Below, in pieces: positions 51,923 to 62,659 of a stretch of DNA of 64,000 bases (its first letter is position 1; each line of letters opens with the position of its first letter). Under the pieces are notes generated by a model. It saw nothing but the letters and a program-made list of their open reading frames with translations. It had not been told where the DNA came from and made no database searches. The position numbers were made by a program, and so were the translations under genes. This stretch comes from an uncultured delta proteobacterium (GTDB lineage Bacteria; Myxococcota; Myxococcia; Myxococcales; Myxococcaceae), in the NCBI GenBank assembly GCA_963771175.1, contig CAVYSY010000032.1, forward strand, positions 96,001 through 160,000, in the 5' to 3' direction.

Positions 51923-52101
51923 CAGGGAATCTCGTGGGCGAGCGTTGAGAGGCGGATGATAGCCGTGTGCGTCATCGTGACGGGCCGATGAACAGGCCTG
52001 GAGCGACCTGTAGCTGAAAAATTGATCTCCCCTGCCCCACCCCTACCCTGCCTTGCCACGAGTCATGCGCCCGGTTGGGCGCTCGCACGGGAGGTCCCAC
52101 G

Positions 52102-52308
52102 GTGAAGAAGCTCACGACGCTGTTGGTGCTCGGCGTGGCGGTGGTGGGGACGGTCGGGTTCGCCTCTCGGGGAGCGGCACGGTCCGAGGAGCCGTCAACC
52201 GAGGCCGAGTTCAACGCGGCGCTGGACGCCCGGCTGCATCAGGTGCTGGCCAACATACTCCAGTCGGGCCGCACGGAACCTCTGGCGTCGGACACGCTGC
52301 GCCGGTAA
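52102..52308 (+). CDS. Small secreted/membrane protein
   Basis: RBS GGAGG; MKKLTTLLVLGVAVVG hydrophobic N-terminus. Confidence 0.55.
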   Translation: MKKLTTLLVLGVAVVGTVGFASRGAARSEEPSTEAEFNAALDARLHQVLANILQSGRTEPLASDTLRR

Positions 52309-52371
52309 GTCTTGGTAACTGAAGAGGGTTGGTGCTACGACCAACCCCAGCTCTCGCTCCACGAGGGGGAC

Positions 52372-53418
52372 ATGCCAGAAGGGTCCGCGTCACTCCAGCT
52401 CGCGGTTGGCGACCGGGTGGTCTACCCCAACCAGGGTGTCTGCCGTGTGTCCGCCATCGATGTGAAGGAGGTAGCGGGGCAGAAGCTCACCTTCGTCACC
52501 ATGCGCCGGGAAGAAGACGGCGCGGTGGTGATGGTGCCCCAGGCCAAGGTGATCTCCATCGGCGTCCGCAAGGTGGCGGGCCCCGAGGACGTCGACCCAG
52601 ATGTTCGACTTCCTGCGCTCCGACAGCGACAAGGCGGACCTGGACTGGAAGCAGCGCGCCCGGACCAACCTGGACCGGATGACGCAGGGGGGCCTGCTTG
52701 GCCTGGCCGAGGTGGTCAAGGGCCTCCAGGTGCTCAGCGAGCTGCGCCCACTGCCCACCAAGGAGCGCGAGCTGTACGACAACGCGCGCCACCTGCTGGT
52801 GTCCGAGGTCGCCGCCGCGCTCAGCACCTCCGAGTGCAACGCCGAGGACTCCATCGACCTCGTGCTCTTCCCGCCCGGCCGCGAGCGCCCCAAGCGCACC
52901 GCCGAGGAGTTCAAGGCCCGGCTCGGAGAGGGCGACGAGGAGCTCGGGCTGGATGCCGACCTGCTCGGGCTCGACGGCGACCTGGACCTGCCCCAGGAGG
53001 AGGAGGCGCCCGCCGAAGAGGAGGAGGAGGCCTCCGAAGAGGAAGGTGGCGAGGAGGAGGGCGAGCCCAAGGCCCGCAAGAAGGCCGCGCCGCCGGCTGC
53101 GGGTGGTGCGGAGGGCGAGGAAGCACCCAAGCGCAAGCGCGGTCGCCCGCCCAAGCCCAAGCCGGAGGGAGCCGAGGCCGCCGCGCCCAAGAAGCGTGGT
53201 CGTCCCCCCAAGCCCAAGCCGGAGGGAGCCGAGGCCGCCGCCGCCGAGGCCGCGCCCAAGAAGCGCGGCCGTCCTCCCAAGGCGAAGCCCGAAGGGGCCG
53301 AGGCCGCCGCCGCGCCCAAGAAGCGCGGTCGTCCTCCCAAGGCGAAGCCCCGGAGGAGACCGAGGAAACCGATCTGGATGCCGACCTCGATTCGGACGAT
53401 ATCGAGACCGATGAGTGA
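52372..53418 (+). CDS. carD: CarD: RNAP-interacting domain + acidic tract + four AT-hooks (frameshifts near 52597 and 53351)
   Basis: GDRVVYPNQGV, DWKQR; Glu-rich tract; four KRGRPPK; followed by carG. Confidence 0.92.
   Translation: MPEGSASLQLAVGDRVVYPNQGVCRVSAIDVKEVAGQKLTFVTMRREEDGAVVMVPQAKVISIGVRKVAGPEDVDPDVRLPALRQRQGGPGLEAARPDQPGPDDAGGPAWPGRGGQGPPGAQRAAPTAHQGARAVRQRAPPAGVRGRRRAQHLRVQRRGLHRPRALPARPRAPQAHRRGVQGPARRGRRGARAGCRPARARRRPGPAPGGGGARRRGGGGLRRGRWRGGGRAQGPQEGRAAGCGWCGGRGSTQAQARSPAQAQAGGSRGRRAQEAWSSPQAQAGGSRGRRRRGRAQEARPSSQGEARRGRGRRRAQEARSSSQGEAPEETEETDLDADLDSDDIETDE
53112..53350 (+). repeat. Tandem AT-hook coding repeats
   Basis: Repeated gccgcgcccaagaagcgcggtcgtcc...aag units encoding (A)PKKRGRPPK(P/A)KPEGAEAAA. 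Confidence 0.85.
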
Positions 53419-53490
53419 CAGCCCCAGGGCCTGTGGGGCGCGGGCGAGAACCGCCGCCCGCCCCGAGGCCCGAGCCCGAGGTGACGCCCC

Positions 53491-54003
53491 GTGATTCGCG
53501 TCGTGACGCTGGACTCCTTCGACGAAAAGCAGATCGCGAAGCTCTGCCAGACGCTCTACACGGCGTTCGGCGTGGGCAGCGAGCACTCCGGCCAGAAGGA
53601 GGTGCCCGCGGGCATGTCCGAGCCGCTGGACGCCGAGAAGCTCCTGACGGAGATCAAGGGCGTCCGCGCCTACGCGGACGACAAGGTGCTCTTCCTCACC
53701 TCGCGCAAGCTGAAGGACCGCGAGCTGTCGAGCGGCACGGCGCCCACCACCGGCTTCGCCCTGTACGACAAGGACCGGGCCGTCATCAGCACCCACGGGT
53801 ACAAGGACCTCGAGACGGCCTTCAAGCCCGTGGCCCGCAACGCGCTGCAGCAGCTCGGCCACCTGTGGGACCTGCACCACTGCCTGGATCCGCGCTGCTC
53901 GATGTATCCGCCCTGGACGCCCTCGTTCGCCGCGGGTGAACCCATTTTCTGCACCTTCTGCCGCGACAAGAGCGAGCAGAAGATCCGCCTTGCGAAGTCC
54001 TAA
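53491..54003 (+). CDS. carG: CarG, zinc-binding adaptor (archaemetzincin-like, catalytic Glu absent)
   Basis: QQLGHLWDLHHC...CSM...FCTFC; directly downstream of carD. Confidence 0.88.
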   Translation: MIRVVTLDSFDEKQIAKLCQTLYTAFGVGSEHSGQKEVPAGMSEPLDAEKLLTEIKGVRAYADDKVLFLTSRKLKDRELSSGTAPTTGFALYDKDRAVISTHGYKDLETAFKPVARNALQQLGHLWDLHHCLDPRCSMYPPWTPSFAAGEPIFCTFCRDKSEQKIRLAKS

Positions 54004-54953
54004 ATCCATCCTGCGCGCCCTCCCCCTGGTGGAGCTGGGGGGGTTGCTGCTCGTCGCGCTCGCCTGCCTCGTCTTCCAGCTCCGACTGCCCGGCCGACTC
54101 CCCTCCGACGCGGACTACCGCACGGTGGCGGACTGGCTGCGCGCCGAGGCCCGCCCCGGCGACGCGGTGCTGCTCTTCCCCTGGTGGACCGAGACGGCCC
54201 GGCTCTATCTCCCGCCGGAGCTGCCGGTGTCGGCTATCTCGGCTCGGACCAGGACGACCTGGGCGCGCACCCGCGGGTCTGGGTGCTCGGCCAGCCGGAG
54301 CTGCCGCGAGCCGATGTGTCGGGCTTCCAGGCCGCCTTCCTGCCCCGGCGCACCAGGGTGGGAGCACCGCGCCGAGCGGGCAACCTGAAGCTGACGCTGT
54401 ACGAGAACGGCCGCCACCGGCCTCGACACTTCGTGGCCTCGGAGGCGTACGCGAAGGCCCGCGTCTACCTGGAGTCGCCGGACGGCACGCGGCGCGACTG
54501 CCCCTTCGACGGGCGCGTGCACCGCTGCCCCGGGCCGCCGCACCTCTACGTGGCCCCCGAGTGGCATGAGATCTACTACCAGCCGCGCCACTGCCTGTGG
54601 ATGCACCCGCCCGGTGGACAGCAGCGGCTGGTGGCCGAGTTCGACGGCGTGCCCGGCGGGCACGGCAGCTGCGGCTCGAGGGCGGCATCATCTGGGAGTA
54701 CGCCGTCCGCCACGAGCCGCGCCTGAGCACCACACACTTCGGGGTGGAGGACGCGGCCACACGCGAGTCACTGCTGGAGATCTCCCAGCCGGCGGGCCTG
54801 GAGGGCGTGCAGAAGGCATCGCGCGCGCTGCCGCCGGGCGGGCCTCGCACGGTGAAGGTGTGGGTGCAGGCGGAGAATCCGGACTCGCGACAGGTGTGCC
54901 TGGACCTCTTCGCGCTCGGGGACGGGGCCATCGTGTCCCGGGAGGGCACATGA
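53990..54953 (+). CDS. Membrane-anchored hypothetical protein (frameshifted)
   Basis: N-terminal TM; ARPGDAVLL.PWW; CLWMHPPG; three ORF pieces join. Confidence 0.6.
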
Positions 54954-56787
54954 CGAGCCGGGCACCGACTCGGGACGAGCGCTGGCTGGCGCTGGCGCTG
55001 TGGGTGCTGGCCTTCGTGGCGCTGTTGGCCACCGAGTCCGCGGTGGGCTTCACGCGCGACGAGAGCGTCTACTTCTACGCGGGCGAGAGCTACGCGAGCT
55101 GGTTCCAGCAGCTCTTCCGCGAGCCCGCGCGCGCCCTCACGGACGCGGCCATCGTCCGCGCCTGGGACTTCAACCACGAGCACCCGGTGCTGATGAAGGA
55201 GCTCTTCGGGCTCTCGCACCTGCTCTTCCACGAGACGCTGGGGTGGCTGCGCCCGGCGGCGGCCTTCCGGCTGCCGGCCTTCGCCCTGTCGGCGCTGGTG
55301 CCGGCCCTCATCTTCCTGCTGGGCAGCGCGGTGTACGGCCGCACCGCGGCCCTGTTCGCCGCGCTCTCCTTCCTGCTCGTGCCGCGCCAGTTCTTCAACG
55401 CGGAGCTGGCCTGCTTCGACATGCCGGTCGCGGCCATGTGGCTGCTCGTCGTCTACGCCTTCTGGCGCGCGCTGGAGGACCGGAACTGGGGCGTGCTGTG
55501 CGGCGTCTTCTTCGGCCTGGCGCTGTGCACCAAGCACAACGCCCTCTTCCTCCCCTTCGTCCTCGCGCCCTTCGCGCTGTGGCGCGCGTGGAGCTCCAGC
55601 GAGGGCCACCCGGCCGCGCGCACCGGGCTGTGGCGCGTCGTGGGGCTCTTCGCCGCGGTGGCGGTGCTGTACGCGCTGCTGGTGGTGAGCCTGGGCCCCG
55701 ACCGACTTCCAGCGGAAGTTCTTCCTGCTCAGCCCCCACACGCTGCTCTTCGTGGGGCTGGCGGTGGGCGCCCTGGGGATGCTGCACGAGCTCAACAAGG
55801 TGAACGCGCCCACGGCGCTCGCGCTGCTGCCGCTGGCGACCATGGCGGCGTTCGGGCCCGTCATCTTCTACCTGCACTGGCCCTACCTCTGGCACCACCC
55901 GGTGGAGCGCACGGCCTGGTACCTCGACTTCCACGCCACCCACAACCACTACGCCTGGTTCTACCTGGGCACGCTGCTGCGCGAGCCGCCCTTCCCGCTG
56001 GACTACGTGGTGGTGAAGACGGCGCTCACCGTGCCCACCAGCCTCTTCGTGCCGATGGTGACGGGGCTGGCTGGTGCTCGCCGGGCGCACGGTGCTGAGC
56101 CTCTTCCCGCGCACGCGCGAGTGGGTGCGCATGCCCTCGCTGGCGAGGGGCTGGTGGGCGTGAACGCGGTGGCCTCCATCCTCATCATCAGCCACCCCGA
56201 CGTGCCGCACTTCGGCGGGGTGAAGCACTGGCTGCCCGTCGATGCCCTTCCTGGCCCTGCTCGCGGGCGTGGCGGTGACGCGCGGCTGCGAGGCCCTGGT
56301 GGAGCGGCTGCGCCGCTCGCTGGCCGAGGCTGTCCCTGGCGGCGGTGGCGGCTCCCGTCTTCGCGCTGCTGATGCTGCCGGCGCTCATCGCGCTGGTGCG
56401 CGTGCATCCCGTACGGGACGAGCTACTACTCGGAGCTGGCGGGCGGCGTGCCGGGCGCGGCGTCGCTGGGGATGCAGCGGCAGTTCTGGTCGCAACAACG
56501 TGACCGGCGTGCTGCCGTGGATCAACGAGCACGCACCGCGCAGCGGGCGCGTCTTACCTGCACGAGGTGAACGGGCTACTCGTTCCGCGACTACCAGCGC
56601 AACGGGATGCTGCGCGCGCGACCTGCGGCCGGCGGGGCCCCTCGACGCGGACATCGCCGCGTACCAGTACCACCAGGAGTTCCGCGAGCACGAGTTCAAC
56701 GTCTGGCAGGCCTTCGGGACGCGGACGCCGGCCACGGGGCTGTACCTGGACGAGACGCCGCAGGTGGTCGTCTACCAGCGGCGCTGA
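54950..56787 (+). CDS. ArnT/PMT-like (GT-C) polytopic glycosyltransferase (frameshifted)
   Basis: TRDESVY, NHEHPVLMK, AFRLP, FDMP, GLALCTKHNA; many TM helices. Confidence 0.8.
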
Positions 56788-56927
56788 GTCATGCCGCGGC
56801 GCGTCGGAACGAAGTGGATTTCACGGACTGTTCAAGCGGAGACGACGAGGAACCCCCAGGGGCGGGAGCCCCGGATTCCGGGTTACGCTTGGGTCACAAC
56901 CGTGGTGGACGTCTCCAGGAGGGACAC

Positions 56928-57557
56928 ATGACTCGGTGGATAGGTGCCGTAGCGGTGGTGGCGCTGGGAGTGGTGGGCTGCCAGCAGGAGCAGAAGCCAG
57001 CGATTGCGCCGCGCGCGGAGCTCAAGACGCTGAGTGGCTCCACGGTGGAGTTCATCCCGAAGGAGGGGCAGCACCCGTACTGCATGCTCTTCACGGTGTC
57101 GGAGAAGGGCATCATCCGGCAGCTCACGATGACGCGCGAGAACCGGTCCATCAAATGCGATGCCGGCAAGCGCATCTACAACTCCAGCTTCCGCATCCCG
57201 GTCGAGGAAGGGTCGGTCCGGGCGTACATCTTCTTCTCGGACCAGCGCATCCAGGCGGGCTCGGTGGCGCAGCAGCTCTATGACCTGCGCGACAAGAAGC
57301 GGGTGACGGCGATGGACTTCCGGTTGCCGGGCGCGGTGTCGGTGGAGATGCTCGAGTTCACGCCGAAGGCGGGCGGCGAGCCGGTGACAGGCGCGGTGGT
57401 GGGCACCACGGACATCGCCGAGGGCGGCCAGACCGACGAAGCCGAAGTCGAGGAGCCCGGACAGGACCTGGCGCCGCCGAGCGACGGCGCGCAGCCGAAG
57501 CCCCCTCCCAGCGGTGACGACAGCGGCGCGAAGACGGCCACGGAAGCCGTGCACTGA
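56928..57557 (+). CDS. Lipoprotein, unknown function
   Basis: RBS AGGAGG; lipobox VVGC. Confidence 0.75.
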   Translation: MTRWIGAVAVVALGVVGCQQEQKPAIAPRAELKTLSGSTVEFIPKEGQHPYCMLFTVSEKGIIRQLTMTRENRSIKCDAGKRIYNSSFRIPVEEGSVRAYIFFSDQRIQAGSVAQQLYDLRDKKRVTAMDFRLPGAVSVEMLEFTPKAGGEPVTGAVVGTTDIAEGGQTDEAEVEEPGQDLAPPSDGAQPKPPPSGDDSGAKTATEAVH

Positions 57558-57635
57558 GGCTGGCCCGTCGCCCGCCGAACGGGAGCCACCGCCCCACCCG
57601 GGCGGGGGCTTGCCGGCATCATTACCTTGCCGGCC

Positions 57636-59022
57636 ATGACCACCCTTACTGTCGACAATCCGTACACCGGGGACATCGCCTGTTCCGTCCCGCTCGCGGA
57701 TGAGGCGACCGTCAACACCCTCCTCGACCAGGCCCGTGCCGCCGCGAGGACCGTACGCTCGACTCCTCTCTCCGAGCGCAAGGCCTGGTGCGAGCGCATG
57801 GTCGCCGCCATGGAGGCACGCGCGGAGAGCATCGCCGCCGACATCTCCCGGATGATGGGCAAGCCGCTCGGCCAGGCGCGCAACGAGGTCCGCGGGATGG
57901 CCGAGCGCGCCCGCTACATGATCTCCGTCGCCGACGCGGCGCTGGCGGACATCGTGCTGCCGGACAAGGCCGGCTTCGAGCGCCGGATCATCAAGGAGCC
58001 GCTCGGGGTGGTGCTCGATCTCCCCGCCTGGAACTACCCGCTGCTCACGGCGGTGAACGTGGTGGTCCCGGCGGTGCTTGCGGGCAACGCGGTGGTGGTG
58101 AAGCACTCGCCGCGCTCGCCGTTGTGCGGTGAGCACTTCGCCCGTGCCTTCGCGGAAGCAGGCGCGCCCAGGCACCTTGTCCAGGCGATGCACTGCGACC
58201 ACCCCACCAGCGAGCGCATGGTGGGAGATCCGCGCGTCGACCATGTCGTGTTCACGGGCTCGGTGTACGGCGGCCAGAGGCTCGTCCAGGCAGCCTCCAA
58301 GCGCTTCATCCACATCGGTCTGGAGCTGGGCGGGAACGACCCGGCCTACGTGGCGCCGGACTGCGACTTCGACAAGACGGTGGAGAACGTGGTCGACGGC
58401 GCCATGTACAACGCCGGCCAGAGTTGCTGCGCGGTGGAGCGCGTCTACGTGCACCGCTCCCTCTACAAGCGCTTCATCGAGGCGTGCGAGACGCTCGTGC
58501 GCGGCTACGTGCTCGGCGATCCGATGAGTGACAAGACGTCCCTCGGGCCCATCGCCCAACCGAACCACCCGGCCGAGCTGGATCAACTGGTGGAGGACGC
58601 CCGCCGCAAGGGAGCCCGCGTGGTGGCCGGCGGCAAGCGGCTCCAGGTGGATGGCAAGGGCCGCTTCTTCGAGGCCACCCTGCTCGCCGATCTGGATCAC
58701 TCGATGCGGCTGATGAAGCAGGAGTCGTTCGGTCCCCTCCTCCCCATCGCCCCGGTGGACTCGGACGAGGAGGCGCTCGCGAAGATGAACGACTCGGAGT
58801 TCGGGCTGACCGCCAGCGTCTGGACGAAGGACCGCGAGCGAGCCGCCCGCTTCGCCACCCGAGCTCGAGTGCGGCACCGTCTACATGAACCGCTGCGACT
58901 CGGTCGACCCGGCGCTGCCGTGGATTGGCGTGAAGAACTCGGGGCGCGGGCACAACCTGAGCACCCTCGGGTTCGACCAACTCACCCGACCGAAGTCGAT
59001 CCACTTCCGGCTGTCGTTCTAA
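57636..59022 (+). CDS. Aldehyde dehydrogenase (frameshift near 58860)
   Basis: AWNYP, FTGS, LELGGNDP, NAGQSCCAVER, ESFGP, GLTASVW. Confidence 0.95.
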
Positions 59023-59079
59023 CCCCGGCGGTTCCCCCTGCCCTCGGAGAACCGCCGGCCGTCCGGTCGCGTTCTTCAA

Positions 59080-59106
59080 AAACCTGTCCGACAGTCGGAC
59101 AGGTTT
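59080..59106. repeat. Perfect palindrome (REP-like) between convergent genes
   Basis: aaacctgtccgac-a-gtcggacaggttt, 13-bp arms. Confidence 0.8.
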
Positions 59107-59150
59107 CTCGAAACCGCTCCCGGCAGGCCCACTGGCCCCGATGGGATGAC

Positions 59151-60335
59151 CTAGAACGACTCGCGCAGCATCGCGAGCAGGTCGTCCTGGGTGCACGGGC
59201 GCGGGTTGCCGCGGTGCGAGGCATCCACGAAGGACTTCTCGGCGATGCGCACCAGGTCCTTCTCCTGCACGCCCGCGTCACGCAGGCGCGAGGGGATGCC
59301 GATGGAGGCGTTCAGCTTGCGCACCCGGTCGATGGCGTTGCCCGCGAGCACCTCCTCGCGCGAGTTGGAGGTGTCCCCCATGGCCACCGCTACGCGAGCC
59401 AGGCGCCCGGTGCTGACGGGGCGGTTGAACTCCATCACCACGGGCAGAACGATGGCGTTGGCCAGACCATGGTGTACGCCGGAGATGGGCGTGAGCGCGT
59501 GTGCCAGCGAATGGCAGGCCCCGAGCCCCTTCTGGAAGGCCATGGCGCCCTCCATGGCCGCCACCATCATGTCGGTGCGGGCCATGAGGTTGCGCCCCTC
59601 CTCCACGGCCTTCGGGAGCGAGCGCGCCACGCGAGCGATACCGTCGATGGCCACCGCATCCGCCAGCGGGTGGAAGCCGTTGGACAGGTAGGCCTCCAGG
59701 CAGTGCGTGAAGGCGTCCATGCCCGTGGCCGCGGTGGGCCCCGGCGGCAGGCCGAGCGTCAGCTCCGGATCGCAGATGGCCGCCTTGGGCATGAGGAACG
59801 GGCTGAAGATGACCGTCTTGCGTCCGGTATCCGAGAGCGTCGCCACTCCCGAGCGGCTCACCTCGGAGCCCGTACCGGCCGTGGTGGGGATGGCGATCAG
59901 CGGCGGCATGTTGTCCCGCACGTACTGGTCCCCGCCCGTCGCATCGTCATAGCGCGACAGGGGAGGCTCGTGCGTGGTGAGGACCTGAACCAGCTTCGCC
60001 GCGTCGAGCGGGCTGCCACCGCCGAGCGCGATGATGCCGTCGCACTTGTTCGCCTTGTAGGCCTCCAGCCCCCCGAAGGCATCGCGCTCGGTGGGGTCGG
60101 GCTTCACCTGGTCGAACACCGCGAAGGCCACTCCGGCGCCCTTGAGCACGTCGTACAGACGCTGAGCCAGCCCCGCCTTCACCACCCCCGAATCCGTCAC
60201 CACCAGCGGGCGCTTCATGTTCAGCCTCGCCACCTGGGCGGGCAGTCGCTGCAGCGCGCCGGCCCCGAAGACGACCTTCGTCGGCCAGGACATCTCGGTG
60301 ATGCGCGGCTCGCTCGGCATGTCGAACGGTTTCAT
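59151..60335 (-). CDS. Iron-containing alcohol dehydrogenase
   Basis: GGGSPLDAAK, IPTTAGTGSE, GMDAFTHCLE, HSLAH, HGLANA. Confidence 0.95.
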   Translation of the reverse strand: MKPFDMPSEPRITEMSWPTKVVFGAGALQRLPAQVARLNMKRPLVVTDSGVVKAGLAQRLYDVLKGAGVAFAVFDQVKPDPTERDAFGGLEAYKANKCDGIIALGGGSPLDAAKLVQVLTTHEPPLSRYDDATGGDQYVRDNMPPLIAIPTTAGTGSEVSRSGVATLSDTGRKTVIFSPFLMPKAAICDPELTLGLPPGPTAATGMDAFTHCLEAYLSNGFHPLADAVAIDGIARVARSLPKAVEEGRNLMARTDMMVAAMEGAMAFQKGLGACHSLAHALTPISGVHHGLANAIVLPVVMEFNRPVSTGRLARVAVAMGDTSNSREEVLAGNAIDRVRKLNASIGIPSRLRDAGVQEKDLVRIAEKSFVDASHRGNPRPCTQDDLLAMLRESF

Positions 60336-60346
60336 TCGGTGTCTCC

Positions 60347-61806
60347 TGAATGAGCTCCATGTAGCGCTCGAGCTCCCAGCTCGTGACGGCGCGCTCGTAC
60401 TGCCGGGCCTCCCACTCGCGCGTGCGCACGAAGTGGTCCAGGAACTCCTCGCCCAGAATCAGCTTCGCCCGCTTGGACGCCTTCAGCAGCGTCACCGCCT
60501 CCTTGAGCGAGCGCGGCAGCATCGGCGCCTCGGCCGAGTACCCATTGCCCACGCACGGAGCGGGGGGCTCCACCTCGTTCTCGATGCCCCACAGGCCGGC
60601 CGCCAGGCTCGCCGCCATGCCGATGTACGCGTTCATGTCCGCGCCCGTCTGGCGGTACTCGATGCGCATCGACTTGGGGCTGTCCCCGATGATGCGCACC
60701 GCCGTGGTCCGGTTCTCCCAGCCCCACGTGGCCGTCACCGGCGCCCACGTGTTCTCCACGCTGCGCTTGTAGCTGTTCACCGTGGGCCAGTAGAGCGCCG
60801 TGAACTCCGGCATCAGCGCCATCAGCCCGCCGATGTAGTGCCGCATCGTCGTGCTCATGCCGTCGGCCGACTCGGGGTCATGGAAGGCGTTCTCGTCCTC
60901 CTTGAGCGTCCACAGCGACTGGTGGAGGTGCCCCGAGCACCCCGGCAGCTTTTCGTTCACCTTGGCCATGAAGCAGGCCGTCAGCCCGTGGCGCGAGCAG
61001 ATCTCCTTCACCACCGTCTTGAAGAGCGCCGCCTTGTCCGCGGCCTTCTCCAGGTCGTCATAGCGGATGGCGGCCTCGAAGACGCCCGGGCCCGTCTCGG
61101 TGTGGAAGCCCTCCAGCTCCAGGCCGAAGTCCCGGCACCCGTCGATGAGGGCGTGCACCAGCGGCGCGCTGAGCGACGTGCGCAGCCACGAGTAGCCGAA
61201 CATGCCCGGCGTCAGCGGCGTCAGGTTCGCGAAGCCCTTCTCCTTCAGCGACTGCGGCGTCTCCTTGAAGATGAAGAACTCGTACTCGGCGCCGAACCTC
61301 GGCAGGAAGCCCATGTCGCGCGCGCGCTGACCCATCTTCCGCAGGAGCTGCCGCGGGCTCGGCTCGAAGGGCGAGCCATCCGGGTTCACGAAGTCCAGGA
61401 GGAAGGCCGCGGTGTCCGGCTCCCACGGGATGATGCGCCCGGTGGAGATGTCCACCCTGGCATGCCCGTCCGGGTAGCCGGTGTGCCAGCCCGTCACCCG
61501 CGTGTTGTCCAGCAGCTCGTCCGTGATGTCCCAGCCGAACACCACGTCACAGAAGCCGAGCCCGCTCTTGCTCGCGGAGAAGAACTTCTCCAACGACACG
61601 TACTTGCCGCGCCAGACGCCATCCACGTCCACCGCGCCAAGCTTCACCTGCCGCACGCCCTGCTCCTCGAACCACTTGTGCAGCAGGTCCGTACCCGAGG
61701 CCTGGCGCAGCGCTCTGACGGAGCCGCGCTCCTTCTCCTTCGAGCGAGCACGCCTGCCCGCCGGCTGCGGCAGCGAAATGACCTTCGCCTTGGAACGGTT
61801 CGCCAT
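60347..61806 (-). CDS. Glutamine synthetase-like gamma-glutamyl-amine ligase (expected stop missing; ORF runs on to 59947)
   Basis: GAEYEFFIF, HTETGPGVFE, FMAK..GCSGHLHQSL, NSYKR, ENRTTAVR, RIEYR, WELERY. Confidence 0.9.
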
Positions 61807-61895
61807 TGGCTTTTTCACCTTCATGGAAACTCCAAGCGGCAGCCGAAGCTAGGGAGCGACATACGATGCGGCAACCCGACCCACCGAGAGGCGCG

Positions 61896-62633
61896 ATGAA
61901 GAACGTTCTCCTGTTGAAAGCCGGTGATGCGGCCCACTCCGTACGTCTAACCGTCGGTGACTATGAGCGCTGGTTCGTGGAGTCGCTCGCCCCGGGTGGG
62001 TGCCAGTTCGACATCCTCCACGTCCACCGGGGAGCCAGGCTGCCCGGCAGCGCCGAGGGCTACGACGCGGTGATGATGACGGGCTCCCCGCTGTCGGTGA
62101 CGCAGCCGGAGCCGTGGATGGAGCGCGCGGCCGGGTTCATGGTGGACGCGGCGGCCCACGACGTGCCGGTGCTCGGGGTGTGCTTCGGGCACCAGTTGCT
62201 CGCGTACGCGCACGGGGCCCGCGTGGTGCGCAACCACCAGGGGCGCGAGATTGGCACCGTGGAGGTCACCCTGAGCGAGGCGGGCCGGGAGGATCCGCTC
62301 TTCGACGGAGTGCCCGAGCGCTTCACCGTCCAGGCCACCCACGAGGACATCGTCGAGCAGGCCCCGGAGGGCACGACGGTGCTCGCGGGCAATGCGAACA
62401 CCGCCGTGCAGGCGCTCGCCTTCGGCCCCCTCATCCGCGGCGTGCAGTTCCACCCCGAGGTCCAGCCCGAGGCCATGCGCGCCCTCATTCTCGCCCGCGA
62501 GGAGAAGTTGGAAGTCGAAGCAACCCAGCGGGGTTGCTCGCCCGGAGAGCGAGTGCCCCGGCTGCTGGCCGGGATTGCCCCCTCGCCCGCCGGGCGGCGC
62601 ATCCTCCAGAACTTCCTGGAGCGGTTCACCTGA
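61896..62633 (+). CDS. Class I glutamine amidotransferase-like hydrolase
   Basis: MTGSP, LGVCFGHQ (Cys nucleophile), QFHPE. Confidence 0.9.
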   Translation: MKNVLLLKAGDAAHSVRLTVGDYERWFVESLAPGGCQFDILHVHRGARLPGSAEGYDAVMMTGSPLSVTQPEPWMERAAGFMVDAAAHDVPVLGVCFGHQLLAYAHGARVVRNHQGREIGTVEVTLSEAGREDPLFDGVPERFTVQATHEDIVEQAPEGTTVLAGNANTAVQALAFGPLIRGVQFHPEVQPEAMRALILAREEKLEVEATQRGCSPGERVPRLLAGIAPSPAGRRILQNFLERFT

Positions 62634-62659
62634 GGGCGCGGCTGGGGTAGGTACACGCC

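Noticed and set aside
53112..53350. Possible CRISPR-like repeats
   Set aside because: These are coding AT-hook repeats of CarD, with no unique spacers and no cas genes. No CRISPR array was seen in the window.
59947..60346. C-terminal extension of the GS-like ORF overlapping the ADH gene
   Set aside because: Homology ends at WELERYMELI and the extension is an alternative frame of ADH; a lost stop codon from a sequence error is the simplest explanation.
57627..60353. 908-aa ALDH fusion ORF
   Set aside because: Artifact of the frameshift near 58860 running antisense through ADH.
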